Notes under the pieces: generated by a model
Databases searched by the model: none
Told to the model about the DNA's origin: nothing
Seen by the model: only the letters and a program-made list of their open reading frames with translations
Assembly (NCBI GenBank): GCA_965552135.1
Contig: CBEVQY010000012.1
Coordinates: 1-64,000, forward strand
Length of the DNA: 64,000 nucleotides
Reading direction: 5' to 3'
Source: an uncultured bacterium
Lineage (GTDB): Bacteria > UBP14 > UBA6098 > B30-G16
Shown: one piece after another, positions 49,000-59,413 of the stretch
Position numbering within the stretch: position 1 is the first letter of the stretch
Layout of the letters: each line of letters begins with the position of its first letter
Program-made: the position numbers and the translations under genes

Positions 49000-49554
49000 G
49001 TGTTTGATCGGGTGATGGTTTTCATAGACGGGAGCAACTTCTACCACGGCAAGAGGGACGTTTTGGGCAACGTGGGGATAGACTATCGCTGCCTGGTCAA
49101 AAAGCTTGTTGGCGAGCGGAGGCTTGTGAGGGTTTACTACTACATCCCGATGATAAACAAGGACGAGGCGCAGGAGCAGTATCGCTCTCAGCTCAGGTTC
49201 GTGACCTACCTGCAGGAGATTCCCTACTTTCATGTCAAGTACGGCAGGCTAATGCGCCAGGGCGATGTTTTGGTGGAGAAGAGCATCGACGTTCAGATAG
49301 CGGTGGATATGGTTCGCTACGCGGCGGCTGATTACTTCGACGTCGCGATCCTTGTGAGCGGGGATGGGGATTTCTCCCCAGCCGTCGAGGCGGTCAAGGA
49401 GATGGGCAAGCAGGTTGAGGTCGCCTTCTTCCAGAAGGAGACAGCGCAGCAGCTGCGTCAAGTAAGTGATCTTTTCATCGACCTGTGCCACGAGCTCATA
49501 GGTGAGTGTTTGTTCCAGAAGGGTGAGGATGGTTCCATTTCTGAGGGGTTGTAG
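49000..49554 (+). CDS. NYN (LabA/DUF88) domain protein
   Basis: FIDGSN, EKSIDV and VSGDGDF motifs. Confidence 0.92.
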   Translation: MFDRVMVFIDGSNFYHGKRDVLGNVGIDYRCLVKKLVGERRLVRVYYYIPMINKDEAQEQYRSQLRFVTYLQEIPYFHVKYGRLMRQGDVLVEKSIDVQIAVDMVRYAAADYFDVAILVSGDGDFSPAVEAVKEMGKQVEVAFFQKETAQQLRQVSDLFIDLCHELIGECLFQKGEDGSISEGL

Positions 49555-49567
49555 CGCGGGGGTTTTT

Positions 49568-50434
49568 ATGTTGCGTAAGCCTCGCTGGCTTGTTTCGCGG
49601 TTGCGCGGTGGGGCTGCGCTGGGTGCAACGCGCAGAACGCTTCGCGAGCACCTTCTGCACACCGTCTGCGAGGAGGCGCGCTGTCCGAACCGGAGCGAGT
49701 GCTTCGGCGCGGGGCAGGCAACGTTTTTGCTCATGGGCAACGTTTGCACCCGCAACTGCAGGTTCTGCGCCATAGCCTCGGGCGTTCCCTGCGCCCTCGA
49801 TCCCGATGAGCCGAGGCGCGTTGCGCAGGCGGCGAAGAAGATGGGGCTTTCGTTCGTCGTGGTGACGTCCGTCACCAGGGACGACCTCCCCGACGGCGGC
49901 GCCGGGCACTTCGCCGAAACGATCCAAAGACTGCGACATCACATACCCGGCGTCGGCGTTGAGGTGCTTGTGCCCGATTTCGGCGGAGACCTCGCATCTG
50001 TCGATGTCGTGCTCGAGCAGAAGCCCGTGGTGTTCAACCACAACGTCGAGACGATACCAAGGCTTTATGGCACCGTAAGGCCGCAGGCGTCGTTTGAGCG
50101 GTCGCTTGGCGTTTTGGAACACGCGGCGCGCAGGGGAACGTCTATCGTCAAGTCGGGCTTTATGGTTGGCTTGGGCGAGGATGACGACGAGGTTTTCGAG
50201 CTTATGCGCTTTCTGCGGGACGCCGGAGTCGACGTCGTCACGATCGGTCAGTACCTTCAACCCACGCCAAAGCACCTTCCCGTGGCGCGCTTCGTCCCGC
50301 CGGAGACCTTTGAGGAGTACAGGCGCTACGGCGAGGGGGTGTTGGGTCTTCGCAGGGTCATAGCAGGACCGCTTGTTCGAAGTTCTTACAGGGCTTCGCA
50401 GACGGCAAGGGAGCTTTCTTACCTTTTGCGATGA
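49568..50434 (+). CDS. lipA: Lipoyl synthase
   Basis: CEEARCPNRSEC, CTRNCRFC and RSSY motifs. Confidence 0.96.
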   Translation: MLRKPRWLVSRLRGGAALGATRRTLREHLLHTVCEEARCPNRSECFGAGQATFLLMGNVCTRNCRFCAIASGVPCALDPDEPRRVAQAAKKMGLSFVVVTSVTRDDLPDGGAGHFAETIQRLRHHIPGVGVEVLVPDFGGDLASVDVVLEQKPVVFNHNVETIPRLYGTVRPQASFERSLGVLEHAARRGTSIVKSGFMVGLGEDDDEVFELMRFLRDAGVDVVTIGQYLQPTPKHLPVARFVPPETFEEYRRYGEGVLGLRRVIAGPLVRSSYRASQTARELSYLLR

Positions 50435-50799
50435 AGGACTTGCGTCGGAAGGGTCGATTTGGCGAGGATGCCGCAGCGTCGTTTTTGGAGGGTCGCGGCT
50501 ATGAGATAGTTGCCCGCAACTGGCGCTGCCGGTGGGGCGAGATAGACATCGTCGCAAGGGACGGCGATGCGCTTGTCTTTGTGGAGGTCAAGTCGGGCTT
50601 TGTGGGCAGGTTCGGCGCGCCCGTGGATTGGGTGACGCCCGCGAAGCGGCGGCGCATCGCAAAAGCTGCCCGGGAGTTCCTGCTGGCAGGGGGCGTCGAC
50701 GATGCGCCGGTGAGGTTTGACGTCGTGACGGTCGACGCCGCCACGGGGAGGATAACCCACATTGTCGACGCGTTCCGCGCAGACGAAGAGCCCATTTAG
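50431..50799 (+). CDS. YraN/UPF0102 family protein
   Basis: GEDAA, GEIDIV, FVEVK and RFDVV motifs. Confidence 0.92.
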   Translation: MKDLRRKGRFGEDAAASFLEGRGYEIVARNWRCRWGEIDIVARDGDALVFVEVKSGFVGRFGAPVDWVTPAKRRRIAKAAREFLLAGGVDDAPVRFDVVTVDAATGRITHIVDAFRADEEPI

Positions 50800-50800
50800 C

Positions 50801-51262
50801 CTATCCCGTGAGCTTTCGCCACAGCTCAAACGCCTCGGCTATGGCTTTGGGGTCGTAGCCTTCGCCTTCGGGTGTGATTGTTGGCACGCGCCCATGCTCA
50901 ACGTCCTCCGGCGTTGCCCACACGAACGCCGCATGCTCGGGCGAAAGGCGAACGTCCTTCGTTTCCGCCTCCGCGATGAAGTCGATCCCGACGAACGGCG
51001 GCGCACCCGCAGTGATCTCGCCGAACCAAACAAACGCCGGACCCAAAAGCCTTATCCTAAGACCCGTCTCCTCCGCAACCTCCCTCAGGATGCCCTCCTT
51101 TGGGTCTTCGTCCGGCTCGAGCATTCCGCCCGGGGGAGCGAAGACCTTGGGCTCCTTCCTGCGCAGAAGCAGAAGGAGTCTCCCCTCGCCGTCGAAGACG
51201 TATGCCCCGACAGCTACCCTGTGCGTTGGCGGGACCCGATACTTCTCAGCCGCTTCCATCAT
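50801..51262 (-). CDS. NUDIX hydrolase
   Basis: Nudix box GGMLEPDEDPKEGILREVAEETG. Confidence 0.92.
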   Translation of the reverse strand: MMEAAEKYRVPPTHRVAVGAYVFDGEGRLLLLLRRKEPKVFAPPGGMLEPDEDPKEGILREVAEETGLRIRLLGPAFVWFGEITAGAPPFVGIDFIAEAETKDVRLSPEHAAFVWATPEDVEHGRVPTITPEGEGYDPKAIAEAFELWRKLTG

Positions 51263-52034
51263 CCAGCCCCTCCAGGGCGGTTCTTACCTCGTCGAACCTT
51301 GGCGGCATTTCGATGACGGTGCTTTTGGGGAACCTCAGGGCGACATCTGTCTTTTTGCCGAACTCAGCCAGCACCACGACGGGGATTTTTACATCACAAA
51401 GCTTTGCCGCAGACCGTTCGTCGGCTATGACGAGGCTTATGTTGCTGCGTTCGAGCTCATCCTGCGGGGGCGGTTTTTCGAAAACCTTTGGCACGAAGCC
51501 CAGCCTGCGGACGTAGACGACCAGAAGCTCCCTTGCAAGCGGCTCGGGGCAGATCACGGCAACCCTTTTCCCCTGCGGCTTTGGGATGTGCGTGAGCGTT
51601 GCCCCTGCGCGCCGAGCGAGGCTTTTGAGGCACTCTTCGCAGTAATCCAGAATCTTTTTGCCTTCGCGAGATGTGACCCCGACCTCGCGCAGGTTCTGGA
51701 GATAGGTGCGTATCTGCTCTGCGATGCGCGCGCTGCCGTCGATGCGGCTTTTGAACTGCGGCAGAAAAAGAAGCTTGTACTCCTTCCCGCCTGGGCTCGT
51801 TACGGTTCCTCGCACGGCTTTTTCGCTTTCCCACATCGTGCCGACCCAGCTTTGGATCTGCTTTGCGCTTTTGGGGTCGACGCCGCTTGCGGCGAGCGCC
51901 TCCGCGAAGGGGGTGTTGTAGCGCAGGGGCACGAGCTTTTCGTCCAGAAGCGCCGCAGCCACGGGCATAAACTCGATGCAGGCAAGCACCGTGTCTGCGA
52001 AATCATTCTCGCCTTTGGACCCCATAGCCGGCAT
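51246..52034 (-). CDS. Hypothetical protein (possible PAS-like N-terminus)
   Basis: Fills the gap between rtcB and the NUDIX gene, with coupled ends. Confidence 0.55.
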   Translation of the reverse strand: MPAMGSKGENDFADTVLACIEFMPVAAALLDEKLVPLRYNTPFAEALAASGVDPKSAKQIQSWVGTMWESEKAVRGTVTSPGGKEYKLLFLPQFKSRIDGSARIAEQIRTYLQNLREVGVTSREGKKILDYCEECLKSLARRAGATLTHIPKPQGKRVAVICPEPLARELLVVYVRRLGFVPKVFEKPPPQDELERSNISLVIADERSAAKLCDVKIPVVVLAEFGKKTDVALRFPKSTVIEMPPRFDEVRTALEGLDDGSG

Positions 52035-53489
52035 CTATCCCTTCACCACCCCGATGGGTCTCATCCGCGCCACCTTCTTCGATATCCCAGCGCCCTCGAC
52101 GGCGTTGACGACGTCGGAGACGTCCTTGTATGCCTCGGGAGCCTCCTCCCTCAGGGTGTCTCTGCCGACCCAGCGGATGTATATCCCAAGCTCGGCGAGC
52201 TCCTGGTCGATGCGCCTTCCCTGGAGCTTTCGCACAGCCGCCTTGCGCGACATATATCGACCTGCGCCGTGGCAGGTGGAGCCGAAGGTCTCGCTCATCG
52301 CCTGCTGCGTGCCGACAAGAACGTAGCTTGCCCTGCCCATGTCGCCGGGGATTATGACCGGTTGGCCGGTGTTGCGGTAGACGTCGGACAGCTCAGGTCT
52401 TCCCGGCGCGAAGGCGCGCGTTGCACCCTTGCGGTGAACCAAAAGACGCATCTTCCTGCCGCCCACAACGTGCTCCTCGAACTTGGCGATGTTGTGGGCA
52501 ACGTCGTAGACGAGCCTCATCCCCAGCTCCTCGGGGCTTTTGCCGAAAACCTTCCGGAAGGAGTTTCGCACCCAGTGCATTATGATCTGCCTGTTAGCCC
52601 AGGCGAAGTTTGCCGCTGCCGCCATGGCGCCGAGGTACTCCTGCCCAATATCTGAGCGTATGGGCGCGCACGCAAGCTGCTTGTCGGGCAGATCAAACCC
52701 GAACTTGGCAAGCATCGGCACAAGCCTGTGCTCGAACTCGTCGCAAACCTGATGACCCAAACCCCTCGAGCCGCAGTGTATCATTACCGTTATCTGTCCG
52801 CGGAAGAGCCCCCACTCCTTCGCAAGCTTTTCGTCGTAAATCTCGTCGACGACCTGGACTTCGAGGAAGTGGTTTCCGCTTCCCAGCGTTCCGAGCTGGT
52901 CGTGTCCGCGTTTTTTAGCCCGCGGCGACACTGCTGCGGGATTGGCGAAGCTCATTCTGCCGCCCTCTTCGGTTCGTTCGAGGTCTTCGGGCCAGCCGTA
53001 GCCGTGAGCGACCGCCCACTCCGCGCCTTGTAGAAGGACCTCGTCGAGCTCGCGGTGCGAAAGCGAAAGCCTCCCGCGGGAACCGACGCCGCAGGGTACC
53101 TCGCGGAATATCTCGTCGACGAGGCGCTTGAGCCTGGGCTTGACGTCTTCGAGTGTGAGGTCGGTGCGGACGAGCCTTACACCGCAGTTTATGTCGTATC
53201 CAACGCCGCCGGGCGAAACGACGCCGTCCTCTGCGTCCATCGCGGCAACACCGCCTATCGGGAAGCCGTAGCCCCAGTGGATGTCGGGCATCGCCATCGA
53301 CCGAAGGACGATGCCAGGAAGCGTTGCGACGTTGGCGACCTGGCGGAAAGCCTCGTCCCTTACTATGTGCTCGAGCATCTTCTCGGTGGCGAATATCCGC
53401 CCGGGGACGCGCATGCCGGGCTGAAAGTCCTGCGGAATGTCCCACCTGTAGTCGTCAACCTTGCGCAGAACCGAAAAGTCCATCTCCAC
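52035..53489 (-). CDS. rtcB: RNA-splicing ligase RtcB
   Basis: MPDIHWGYGFPIGG, DINCG, GNHF, HRKGAT and HGAGR motifs; no intein seen. Confidence 0.96.
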   Translation of the reverse strand: MEMDFSVLRKVDDYRWDIPQDFQPGMRVPGRIFATEKMLEHIVRDEAFRQVANVATLPGIVLRSMAMPDIHWGYGFPIGGVAAMDAEDGVVSPGGVGYDINCGVRLVRTDLTLEDVKPRLKRLVDEIFREVPCGVGSRGRLSLSHRELDEVLLQGAEWAVAHGYGWPEDLERTEEGGRMSFANPAAVSPRAKKRGHDQLGTLGSGNHFLEVQVVDEIYDEKLAKEWGLFRGQITVMIHCGSRGLGHQVCDEFEHRLVPMLAKFGFDLPDKQLACAPIRSDIGQEYLGAMAAAANFAWANRQIIMHWVRNSFRKVFGKSPEELGMRLVYDVAHNIAKFEEHVVGGRKMRLLVHRKGATRAFAPGRPELSDVYRNTGQPVIIPGDMGRASYVLVGTQQAMSETFGSTCHGAGRYMSRKAAVRKLQGRRIDQELAELGIYIRWVGRDTLREEAPEAYKDVSDVVNAVEGAGISKKVARMRPIGVVKG

Positions 53490-53634
53490 ACCCCCTCAGG
53501 CTTTGATTTCCAAAAAACTATTATGCGACCCAACTCGTTGGAAATCAAACCGCTTTTTTGGAAAATTTGGGTTGGTGATGTTGGCGCGAAGCCTTATTTT
53601 GTGGAACGGGAGGGCTCAAATTGGAGGTTGAGCG

Positions 53635-54915
53635 ATGTTTTTGGAGGCGATAGCGCGCACAGATCCCGACGTTTTCGAGGCGATCTACCTTGAGCTTCGC
53701 CGCCAGACCGATGGGCTTGAGCTTATAGCCTCGGAGAACTACACGTCGATTGCGGTTTTGGGTGCTTGCGGGTCGGTTATGACCAACAAGTACGCCGAGG
53801 GTTACCCCGGCAAGCGCTACTACGGCGGCTGTCAGTTTGTTGACATAGCGGAGGAACTTGCCCGCGAGCGCGCCAAGGAGCTTTTCGGCGCCGAGCACGC
53901 AAACGTCCAGCCGCACAGCGGATCGCAGGCGAACATGGCGGTGTATTTTACCGTCGTAAAGCCCGGCGAAACCATCATGGGGCTTAACCTCTCCCACGGC
54001 GGGCACCTGACCCACGGTCATCCCGTCAACTTCTCGGGGAGGCTTTACAACGTCGTCCAGTACGGCGTTGACCCGGAGACGGAGACGCTCAACTACGACG
54101 AGATCCGCAAGCTTGCGCAAAAGCATCGACCAAAGCTTATAATGACGGGCGCGTCGGCTTATCCGAGGTTTTGGGACTTCGCCAAGTTCAGGGAGATAGC
54201 CGATGAGGTCGGTGCGGTTCTGGTTGCCGATATGGCTCACTTCGCGGGTCTTGTTGCGGCGAAGCTCCATCCCGACCCTGTGCCACACTGCGACTTTGTT
54301 ACGTCGACTACGCACAAGACGCTGCGCGGACCGCGCTCGGGGTTTATTCTGTGCAAGAAGGAGTGGGCGAAGGAGCTCGACAAGCAGGTTATGCCCGGCA
54401 TGCAGGGCGGACCACTTATGCACATAATCGCCGCAAAGGCTGTGGCGTTCAAGGAGGCGATGACGGAGGAGTTCAGGCAGTATCAGCGCCAGATCGTTGC
54501 GAACGCGAAGGCTATGGCGGATGAGTTTGCAAAGCTTGGGATAAGGCTTGTTTCGGGCGGCACCGACAACCACCTTATGCTTCTTGATCTGCGCTCGCTT
54601 GGCATAACGGGCAAGCAGGCTGAGGAGGCTTTGGGCAAGGCAGACATAACTGTGAACCGCAACACGATCCCCTTCGACCCGCAAAAGCCGTTTATCACAA
54701 GCGGGATACGGATCGGGACGCCAGCCGTCACCACGCGCGGGATGAAGGAGGACGAGATGCGCACCATCGCAAGGCTCATACACAGGGTCCTCACGAACAT
54801 CGACGACGAGGCGGTGATAGCGGACGTGAAGGGCAAGGTCAAGGAGCTTTGCGAGGCGTTCCCGCTGTATCCCGAGCTTCTTGCGGAGATGGAGCGCATC
54901 CGCAAAAGCATTTAG
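53635..54915 (+). CDS. glyA: Serine hydroxymethyltransferase
   Basis: [15 protein letters not shown] and [10 protein letters not shown] motifs. Confidence 0.98.
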   Translation: MFLEAIARTDPDVFEAIYLELRRQTDGLELIASENYTSIAVLGACGSVMTNKYAEGYPGKRYYGGCQFVDIAEELARERAKELFGAEHANVQPHSGSQANMAVYFTVVKPGETIMGLNLSHGGHLTHGHPVNFSGRLYNVVQYGVDPETETLNYDEIRKLAQKHRPKLIMTGASAYPRFWDFAKFREIADEVGAVLVADMAHFAGLVAAKLHPDPVPHCDFVTSTTHKTLRGPRSGFILCKKEWAKELDKQVMPGMQGGPLMHIIAAKAVAFKEAMTEEFRQYQRQIVANAKAMADEFAKLGIRLVSGGTDNHLMLLDLRSLGITGKQAEEALGKADITVNRNTIPFDPQKPFITSGIRIGTPAVTTRGMKEDEMRTIARLIHRVLTNIDDEAVIADVKGKVKELCEAFPLYPELLAEMERIRKSI

Positions 54916-56075
54916 GGGTACACAAGCTGGCGCAGGAGCATCGTCGCGTAGCTTCCTTTCGGCAGGAAGAACCGCATAACAAGCTTTTGCCTGCCGGGGA
55001 AGAGGTCGTCCTCCTCCCAGCGCCAGCTTAGCTCCTGCGGCTTTACCATAAGCTTTCGCCGGTGCGTTTTGAAGACCATCCCCGTTATCTTGCTCCGCAG
55101 CGCGGGCATGCAGGGAATGCTCTCCTCCTTGAGGACGGCGTCGTAGATCTCGGCTGTGGTTCCGTCGAGCTCAAGCTTTGGCGAGGGGAGCGGGAGCTTT
55201 ACCTCCAAAAGCTTTTGCGCAAGCTCGTCGGGGAGTTTTTTGGGCAGCACGAGCGTTTGTCCGGCGACGAATTCCTGCTCTACGAAAAGCTCTTGCGGGA
55301 GCATGGATTTTATGAGTTTTGCCGCCGCTTTGTTCCACAGGTGTGCCTGGTACACTGTTGCCCAGAGGAACAGTATTTCACGCGGCACGAGCTGCAGCGC
55401 CTTGCGCCAGCCGTTTGGATTTTGGGAAAGGTGCTCGAGTATTCTGCGCTCCCAGGGCGTTGGCGCAAGATCTATGCACATCTCCCAGTTGCCCCAGTTT
55501 TGGGTGACGCAGTTTTTGAACCTTCGGCTTTTCGAGCTCTGTCGCCACGACGACTCGAAAAGAAGCCTTACGGCTTCGTCGAAGCGTTTTTGCACTACCT
55601 TTTGGGCGATAAATCCCTTCCCGTGCCTTGCCGAGGAGAAGCGCTGTTTGTCGTAGTAGTTGACGAATCCCTGCTGCAGCACCTTTGGCAGGTTTGTTTC
55701 TATCCTTGTGCGCTCGGTGGGCGATATATCGCGCACCGTTATCTGGAATCTGTTGCCCAGGAGGGCTCTTTTTGTCACAGGTTTTTCGGAGCGACCCACG
55801 AACAAAAGCTCGTAGTTTTTCGCCTTTATCCTCCAGAGCCCGCCCCCTCGGATCGATATAAGCTGCGATGATACCGAGGCTTTGTCTTTAAGCCCGCCGT
55901 AGCCTATGGCGCTTTTGGGGATGTGGAGTCTTTTGGCTATGTCGTCTATGGCGTCGAGGGTGGTTGTGCCGCTTTTTGTGAGCTGGTATATCGAAAACTC
56001 ACCCGCCCCTTTGCGCACGTCGAGCCTCAGAACCTCCTCGACGAGGAAATCCTCAGGTTTGACCTTGAGTTTCAT
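54912..56075 (-). CDS. truD: tRNA pseudouridine(13) synthase
   Basis: [25 protein letters not shown] and [10 protein letters not shown] motifs. Confidence 0.92.
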   Translation of the reverse strand: MKLKVKPEDFLVEEVLRLDVRKGAGEFSIYQLTKSGTTTLDAIDDIAKRLHIPKSAIGYGGLKDKASVSSQLISIRGGGLWRIKAKNYELLFVGRSEKPVTKRALLGNRFQITVRDISPTERTRIETNLPKVLQQGFVNYYDKQRFSSARHGKGFIAQKVVQKRFDEAVRLLFESSWRQSSKSRRFKNCVTQNWGNWEMCIDLAPTPWERRILEHLSQNPNGWRKALQLVPREILFLWATVYQAHLWNKAAAKLIKSMLPQELFVEQEFVAGQTLVLPKKLPDELAQKLLEVKLPLPSPKLELDGTTAEIYDAVLKEESIPCMPALRSKITGMVFKTHRRKLMVKPQELSWRWEEDDLFPGRQKLVMRFFLPKGSYATMLLRQLVYP

Positions 56076-56109
56076 CTTTGGAATTTAGATTTTTCCTCCG
56101 TCTTTCGCA

Positions 56110-56367
56110 ATTTCCCCTTGACATCTTCGCGCTGTTGGGTTTATTTGGGAAGTGGTTGAGTTCTTTGAAAATAGAAGAGCGCGATTTTTGCGCGAACCTC
56201 AAGCGCACATAAAAACCCTGGGGGGTTCGCTCCGGAGCTAAGTTTGTGTGGATCAAGGGGATAGTCGATGTTTTGCAAAATGCAAATTCAACTTACGGGG
56301 GTTGGTGGGGTAGGTTCGCCGAAATGGCTTTCTGAGCCCTTGAGTATCAAGGGCTCGCAGGGAGACA
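56110..56367 (+). promoter_or_regulatory. CRISPR leader
   Basis: Non-coding region next to the most conserved repeats. TTGACA at 56118; GCGAACC/GGTTCGC inverted motif (56192-56230); perfect 10-bp hairpin (56334-56356). Confidence 0.75.
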
Positions 56368-57598
56368 GTTGCATCGAATTCCCCGATTGATAGGGGATTG
56401 CGACGCCGCCAATCGCCAACCAACGGCGAACCGCATCGACAGTTGCATCGAATTCCCCGATTGATAGGGGATTGCGACTCCAACCTCCACAACAACTCAA
56501 TCACTATCCACCTGTTGCATCGAATTCCCCGATTGATAGGGGATTGCGACATGTACGAGGCTTATCAGGTATACTGGGCGGAGCGTTGCATCGAATTCCC
56601 CGATTGATAGGGGATTGCGACCTTCTTCACTAACACTTTTGCACCTCCTTTAGTTCGTTGCATCGAATTCCCCGATTGATAGGGGATTGCGACCGTCACC
56701 ACTCTGATTGGCCACTGGGGATTCCAAGAGTTGCAACGAATTCCCCGATTGATAGGGGATTGCGACGAAATCTCCTTCTGCGTATATGTGTAAGAATGTA
56801 AGTTGCAACGAATTCCCCGATTGATAGGGGATTGCGACTCGTACGACCACAAGTTCATCTGTAGAGAAGGTGAGAGAGTTGCAACGAATTCCCCGATTGA
56901 TAGGGGATTGCGACACTCGGGTCTCCTCTGCCATTCAAGTGCCTCTTCCAGTTGCATCGGATTCCCCGATTGATAGGGGATTGCGACACTTTCCTCAATC
57001 GTGAAAAACAGTATCTTATAGCGTTGCATCAAATTCCCCGATTGATAGGGGATTGCGACCTCCAGGATCATCACGTTATACCTTCGCCAGGGATGTTGCA
57101 TCGAATTCCCCGATTGATAGGGGGTTGCGAGTGGGGGTCACAGCATAGCCCGTATTTCGTGACAAATAAATGACCCCCACCATCGAATTCCCCGATTGAT
57201 AGAGGATTGCGGTGGGGGTCATAACCTGCCCGCGCTTCACAGGAAAATGAATGACCCCCACCATCGAATTCCTCGGTTGATAGGGGATTGCGACCCAATC
57301 CTCTGCGCCGTACTTCCCCCACAGCTTTGAGTTGCATCGAATTCCCCGATTGATAGGGGATTGCGACAAAACCTCTGCATTCCAGTCTCCTATTATGAAA
57401 AAGTTGCATCGAATTCCCCGATTGATAGGGGATTGCGGTGGGGGTCATACCCTGCCCGCGCTTCACGGGAAAATGAATGACCCCCACCATCGAATTCCCC
57501 GATTGATAGGGGGTTGCGAGTGGGGGTCACAGCATAGCCCGTATTTCGTGACAAATGAATGACCCCCACCATCGAATTCCCCGGTTGATAGGGAATTG
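56368..57598 (+). CRISPR. CRISPR array, 37-bp repeat GTTGCATCGAATTCCCCGATTGATAGGGGATTGCGAC, 12 ordinary spacers, degenerate trailer; no cas genes in the window
   Basis: Repeats start at 56368, 56442, 56514, 56585, 56657, 56730, 56802, 56878, 56951, 57023, 57095, 57331 and 57403. Truncated copies at 57181, 57262, 57488 and 57570. Unique spacers are 34-39 bp. Confidence 0.97.
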
Positions 57599-57786
57599 GT
57601 GGGGGTTATAGCATAGCCTGTATTTCGCGGGAAATGAAGGCCCCCCACAGAGGATTGCGGGTGGGGGTCACAGCATAGCCCGTATTTCGCGGGAAATAAA
57701 TGACCCCCACGACCCCCACAGGGGATTGGTGGGGATTATGCCTGGTCGCGCTTGGCGTGGAAATAAATGACCCCCACGACCCCCAC
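57131..57786. repeat. Seven copies of a 49-50-bp element with terminal inverted repeats (REP/MITE-like), embedded in the CRISPR trailer
   Basis: GTGGGGGTCA-N30-TGACCCCCAC (some degenerate) at 57131-57180, 57212-57261, 57438-57487, 57520-57569, 57599-57648, 57661-57710 and 57729-57777. Extra GACCCCCAC stutters at 57711 and 57778. Confidence 0.9.
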
Positions 57787-57793
57787 CACGCCG

Positions 57794-58543
57794 CTACATC
57801 CTGAACTTCTCGCCGAGGTATATCTGGCGGGCTTTGGGATCGTTGAGGAGATACTCGGAAGGACCCTCGATAAGTATCTTCCCCTCGAAGATTATATACG
57901 CCCTGTCGACGATCGACAGGACCTCGCGGACGTTGTGGTCGGTTATAAGTATCCCGATGCCGCGCTCCTTAAGCCCAACGATGAGCTTTTGCAGCTCGCC
58001 GACGACTATCGGGTCGATCCCAGCGAAGGGCTCGTCCAGAAGGAGGAACTTCGGGTCTGCGCACAGAGCCCGGGCAACCTCAACGCGACGACGCTCACCG
58101 CCCGAAAGAGTGTAAGCCTTCTGCGAGCGAAGGTGAACGATGTCGAGATCCTCCAAAAGCGCCTCGAGCTTCTCCCGGCGCTGCGACCGCGACAAAGGCA
58201 TAAACTCCAAAACCGCCAAAAGGTTCTCCTCAACCGTAAGCGCCCTGAACGCCGAAGGCTCCTGCGGAAGATATGCAATCCCCATCCGCGCGCGGCGATA
58301 CATCGGAAAGCGCGTGACATCCACCTCCCCTATGTAAACCCGACCAGCGTTGGGCTTTATGAGGCCCGTTATCATGTAGAACGTGGTCGTCTTGCCGGCG
58401 CCGTTGGGTCCCAAAAGACCAACGACCTCACCGGGGCGAACCTCGATGTCGATCCCCGCAACGGCAACCTTCCTCCCGTAGCGCTTCACAAGCCCCCTGC
58501 CGGCAAGAACCTCGCCCCGCGGATGTCCCATCGCAGAAGACAT
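57794..58543 (-). CDS. lptB: LPS export ABC ATPase
   Basis: GPNGAGKTTTFYM, LSGGERRRVE, DEPFAGIDP and ITDHNVRE motifs. Confidence 0.95.
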   Translation of the reverse strand: MSSAMGHPRGEVLAGRGLVKRYGRKVAVAGIDIEVRPGEVVGLLGPNGAGKTTTFYMITGLIKPNAGRVYIGEVDVTRFPMYRRARMGIAYLPQEPSAFRALTVEENLLAVLEFMPLSRSQRREKLEALLEDLDIVHLRSQKAYTLSGGERRRVEVARALCADPKFLLLDEPFAGIDPIVVGELQKLIVGLKERGIGILITDHNVREVLSIVDRAYIIFEGKILIEGPSEYLLNDPKARQIYLGEKFRM

Positions 58544-58548
58544 CGCCC

Positions 58549-59409
58549 TCAGTAGGCAGACTCACTCCTCTCCCCCCTCACGATGGCGACGCCAGCCGAT
58601 GCGCCGATGCGCGTAGCACCCGCGCGAACCATCTCGAGCGCCGTCTCGTAGTCCCTGATCCCGCCCGAGGCTTTGACGCCCATCTGACCGCCCACAACCT
58701 GGCGCATAAGCGCAACGTCGTGAACCGTGGCGCCGCCCTTCGAAAAACCCGTCGAGGTCTTCACAAAGTGCGCGCCAGCCTCCTTCGAGATCGCGCAGGC
58801 GGCAACCTTCTCCTCGTCCGTCAAAAGCGCCGTCTCGATTATGACCTTCACCGTGTACGGCTCCACGGCGGCAACAACGGCGCGGATGTCGTCGTACACG
58901 GCGCGCCAGTTCCCCGACTTGAGCTCGCCTATGTTTATCACCATGTCGAACTCGTTTGCGCCGCGCTCAAGCGCCTGCCGAGCCTCGAAAACCTTCGTCT
59001 CCGTCGTCGTGGCGCCAAGCGGAAAACCAATAACCGTGCAAACCTTAACCCCGCTTCCCGAAAGAAGCTTTGCGCAAAGCGAAACCCAGTACGGATTCAC
59101 ACACACCGACGCAAAGCCGTACTCCCTCGCCTCGGCGCAAAGCTTTCTTATGTCGTCCTCGGTCGCCTGGGGCTTGAGGAGCGTGTGGTCGATGAGTTTG
59201 GCTATCTGCGGATCCTTCGGCACGGCGCCAAGGGGCGAGTCTATCCTGTCGGCGCCGGCGTCTATAATAGCCTTCGTGCCCGAAACGTTGAGCGTAACGC
59301 AAAGACCGCAGCCGTAGCAAACGCTGCCGTCCACGCACTTGGGCGAGGTGAGGTGTGAATACACAGCGTCGGCTACCTGTCGTATAAGCGACTCGTCCAT
59401 GGCAACCAC
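58549..59409 (-). CDS. deoC: Deoxyribose-phosphate aldolase with an N-terminal extension
   Basis: [21 protein letters not shown] and KASGGIR motifs; ~65-aa N-terminal extension with four Cys. Confidence 0.95.
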   Translation of the reverse strand: MVAMDESLIRQVADAVYSHLTSPKCVDGSVCYGCGLCVTLNVSGTKAIIDAGADRIDSPLGAVPKDPQIAKLIDHTLLKPQATEDDIRKLCAEAREYGFASVCVNPYWVSLCAKLLSGSGVKVCTVIGFPLGATTTETKVFEARQALERGANEFDMVINIGELKSGNWRAVYDDIRAVVAAVEPYTVKVIIETALLTDEEKVAACAISKEAGAHFVKTSTGFSKGGATVHDVALMRQVVGGQMGVKASGGIRDYETALEMVRAGATRIGASAGVAIVRGERSESAY

Positions 59410-59413
59410 CCCT

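Noticed and set aside
49000..50799. NYN or YraN nucleases as cas-like effectors of the orphan array
   Set aside because: Common housekeeping-type genes 6 kb away, in ordinary context with lipA.
56405..57402. Self-targeting spacers
   Set aside because: No match to the window noticed by eye; not exhaustive, needs BLAST.
56253..57648. ORFs across the CRISPR array and leader
   Set aside because: They are translations of repeats (recurring VAIPYQSGN / HRIPRLIGD).
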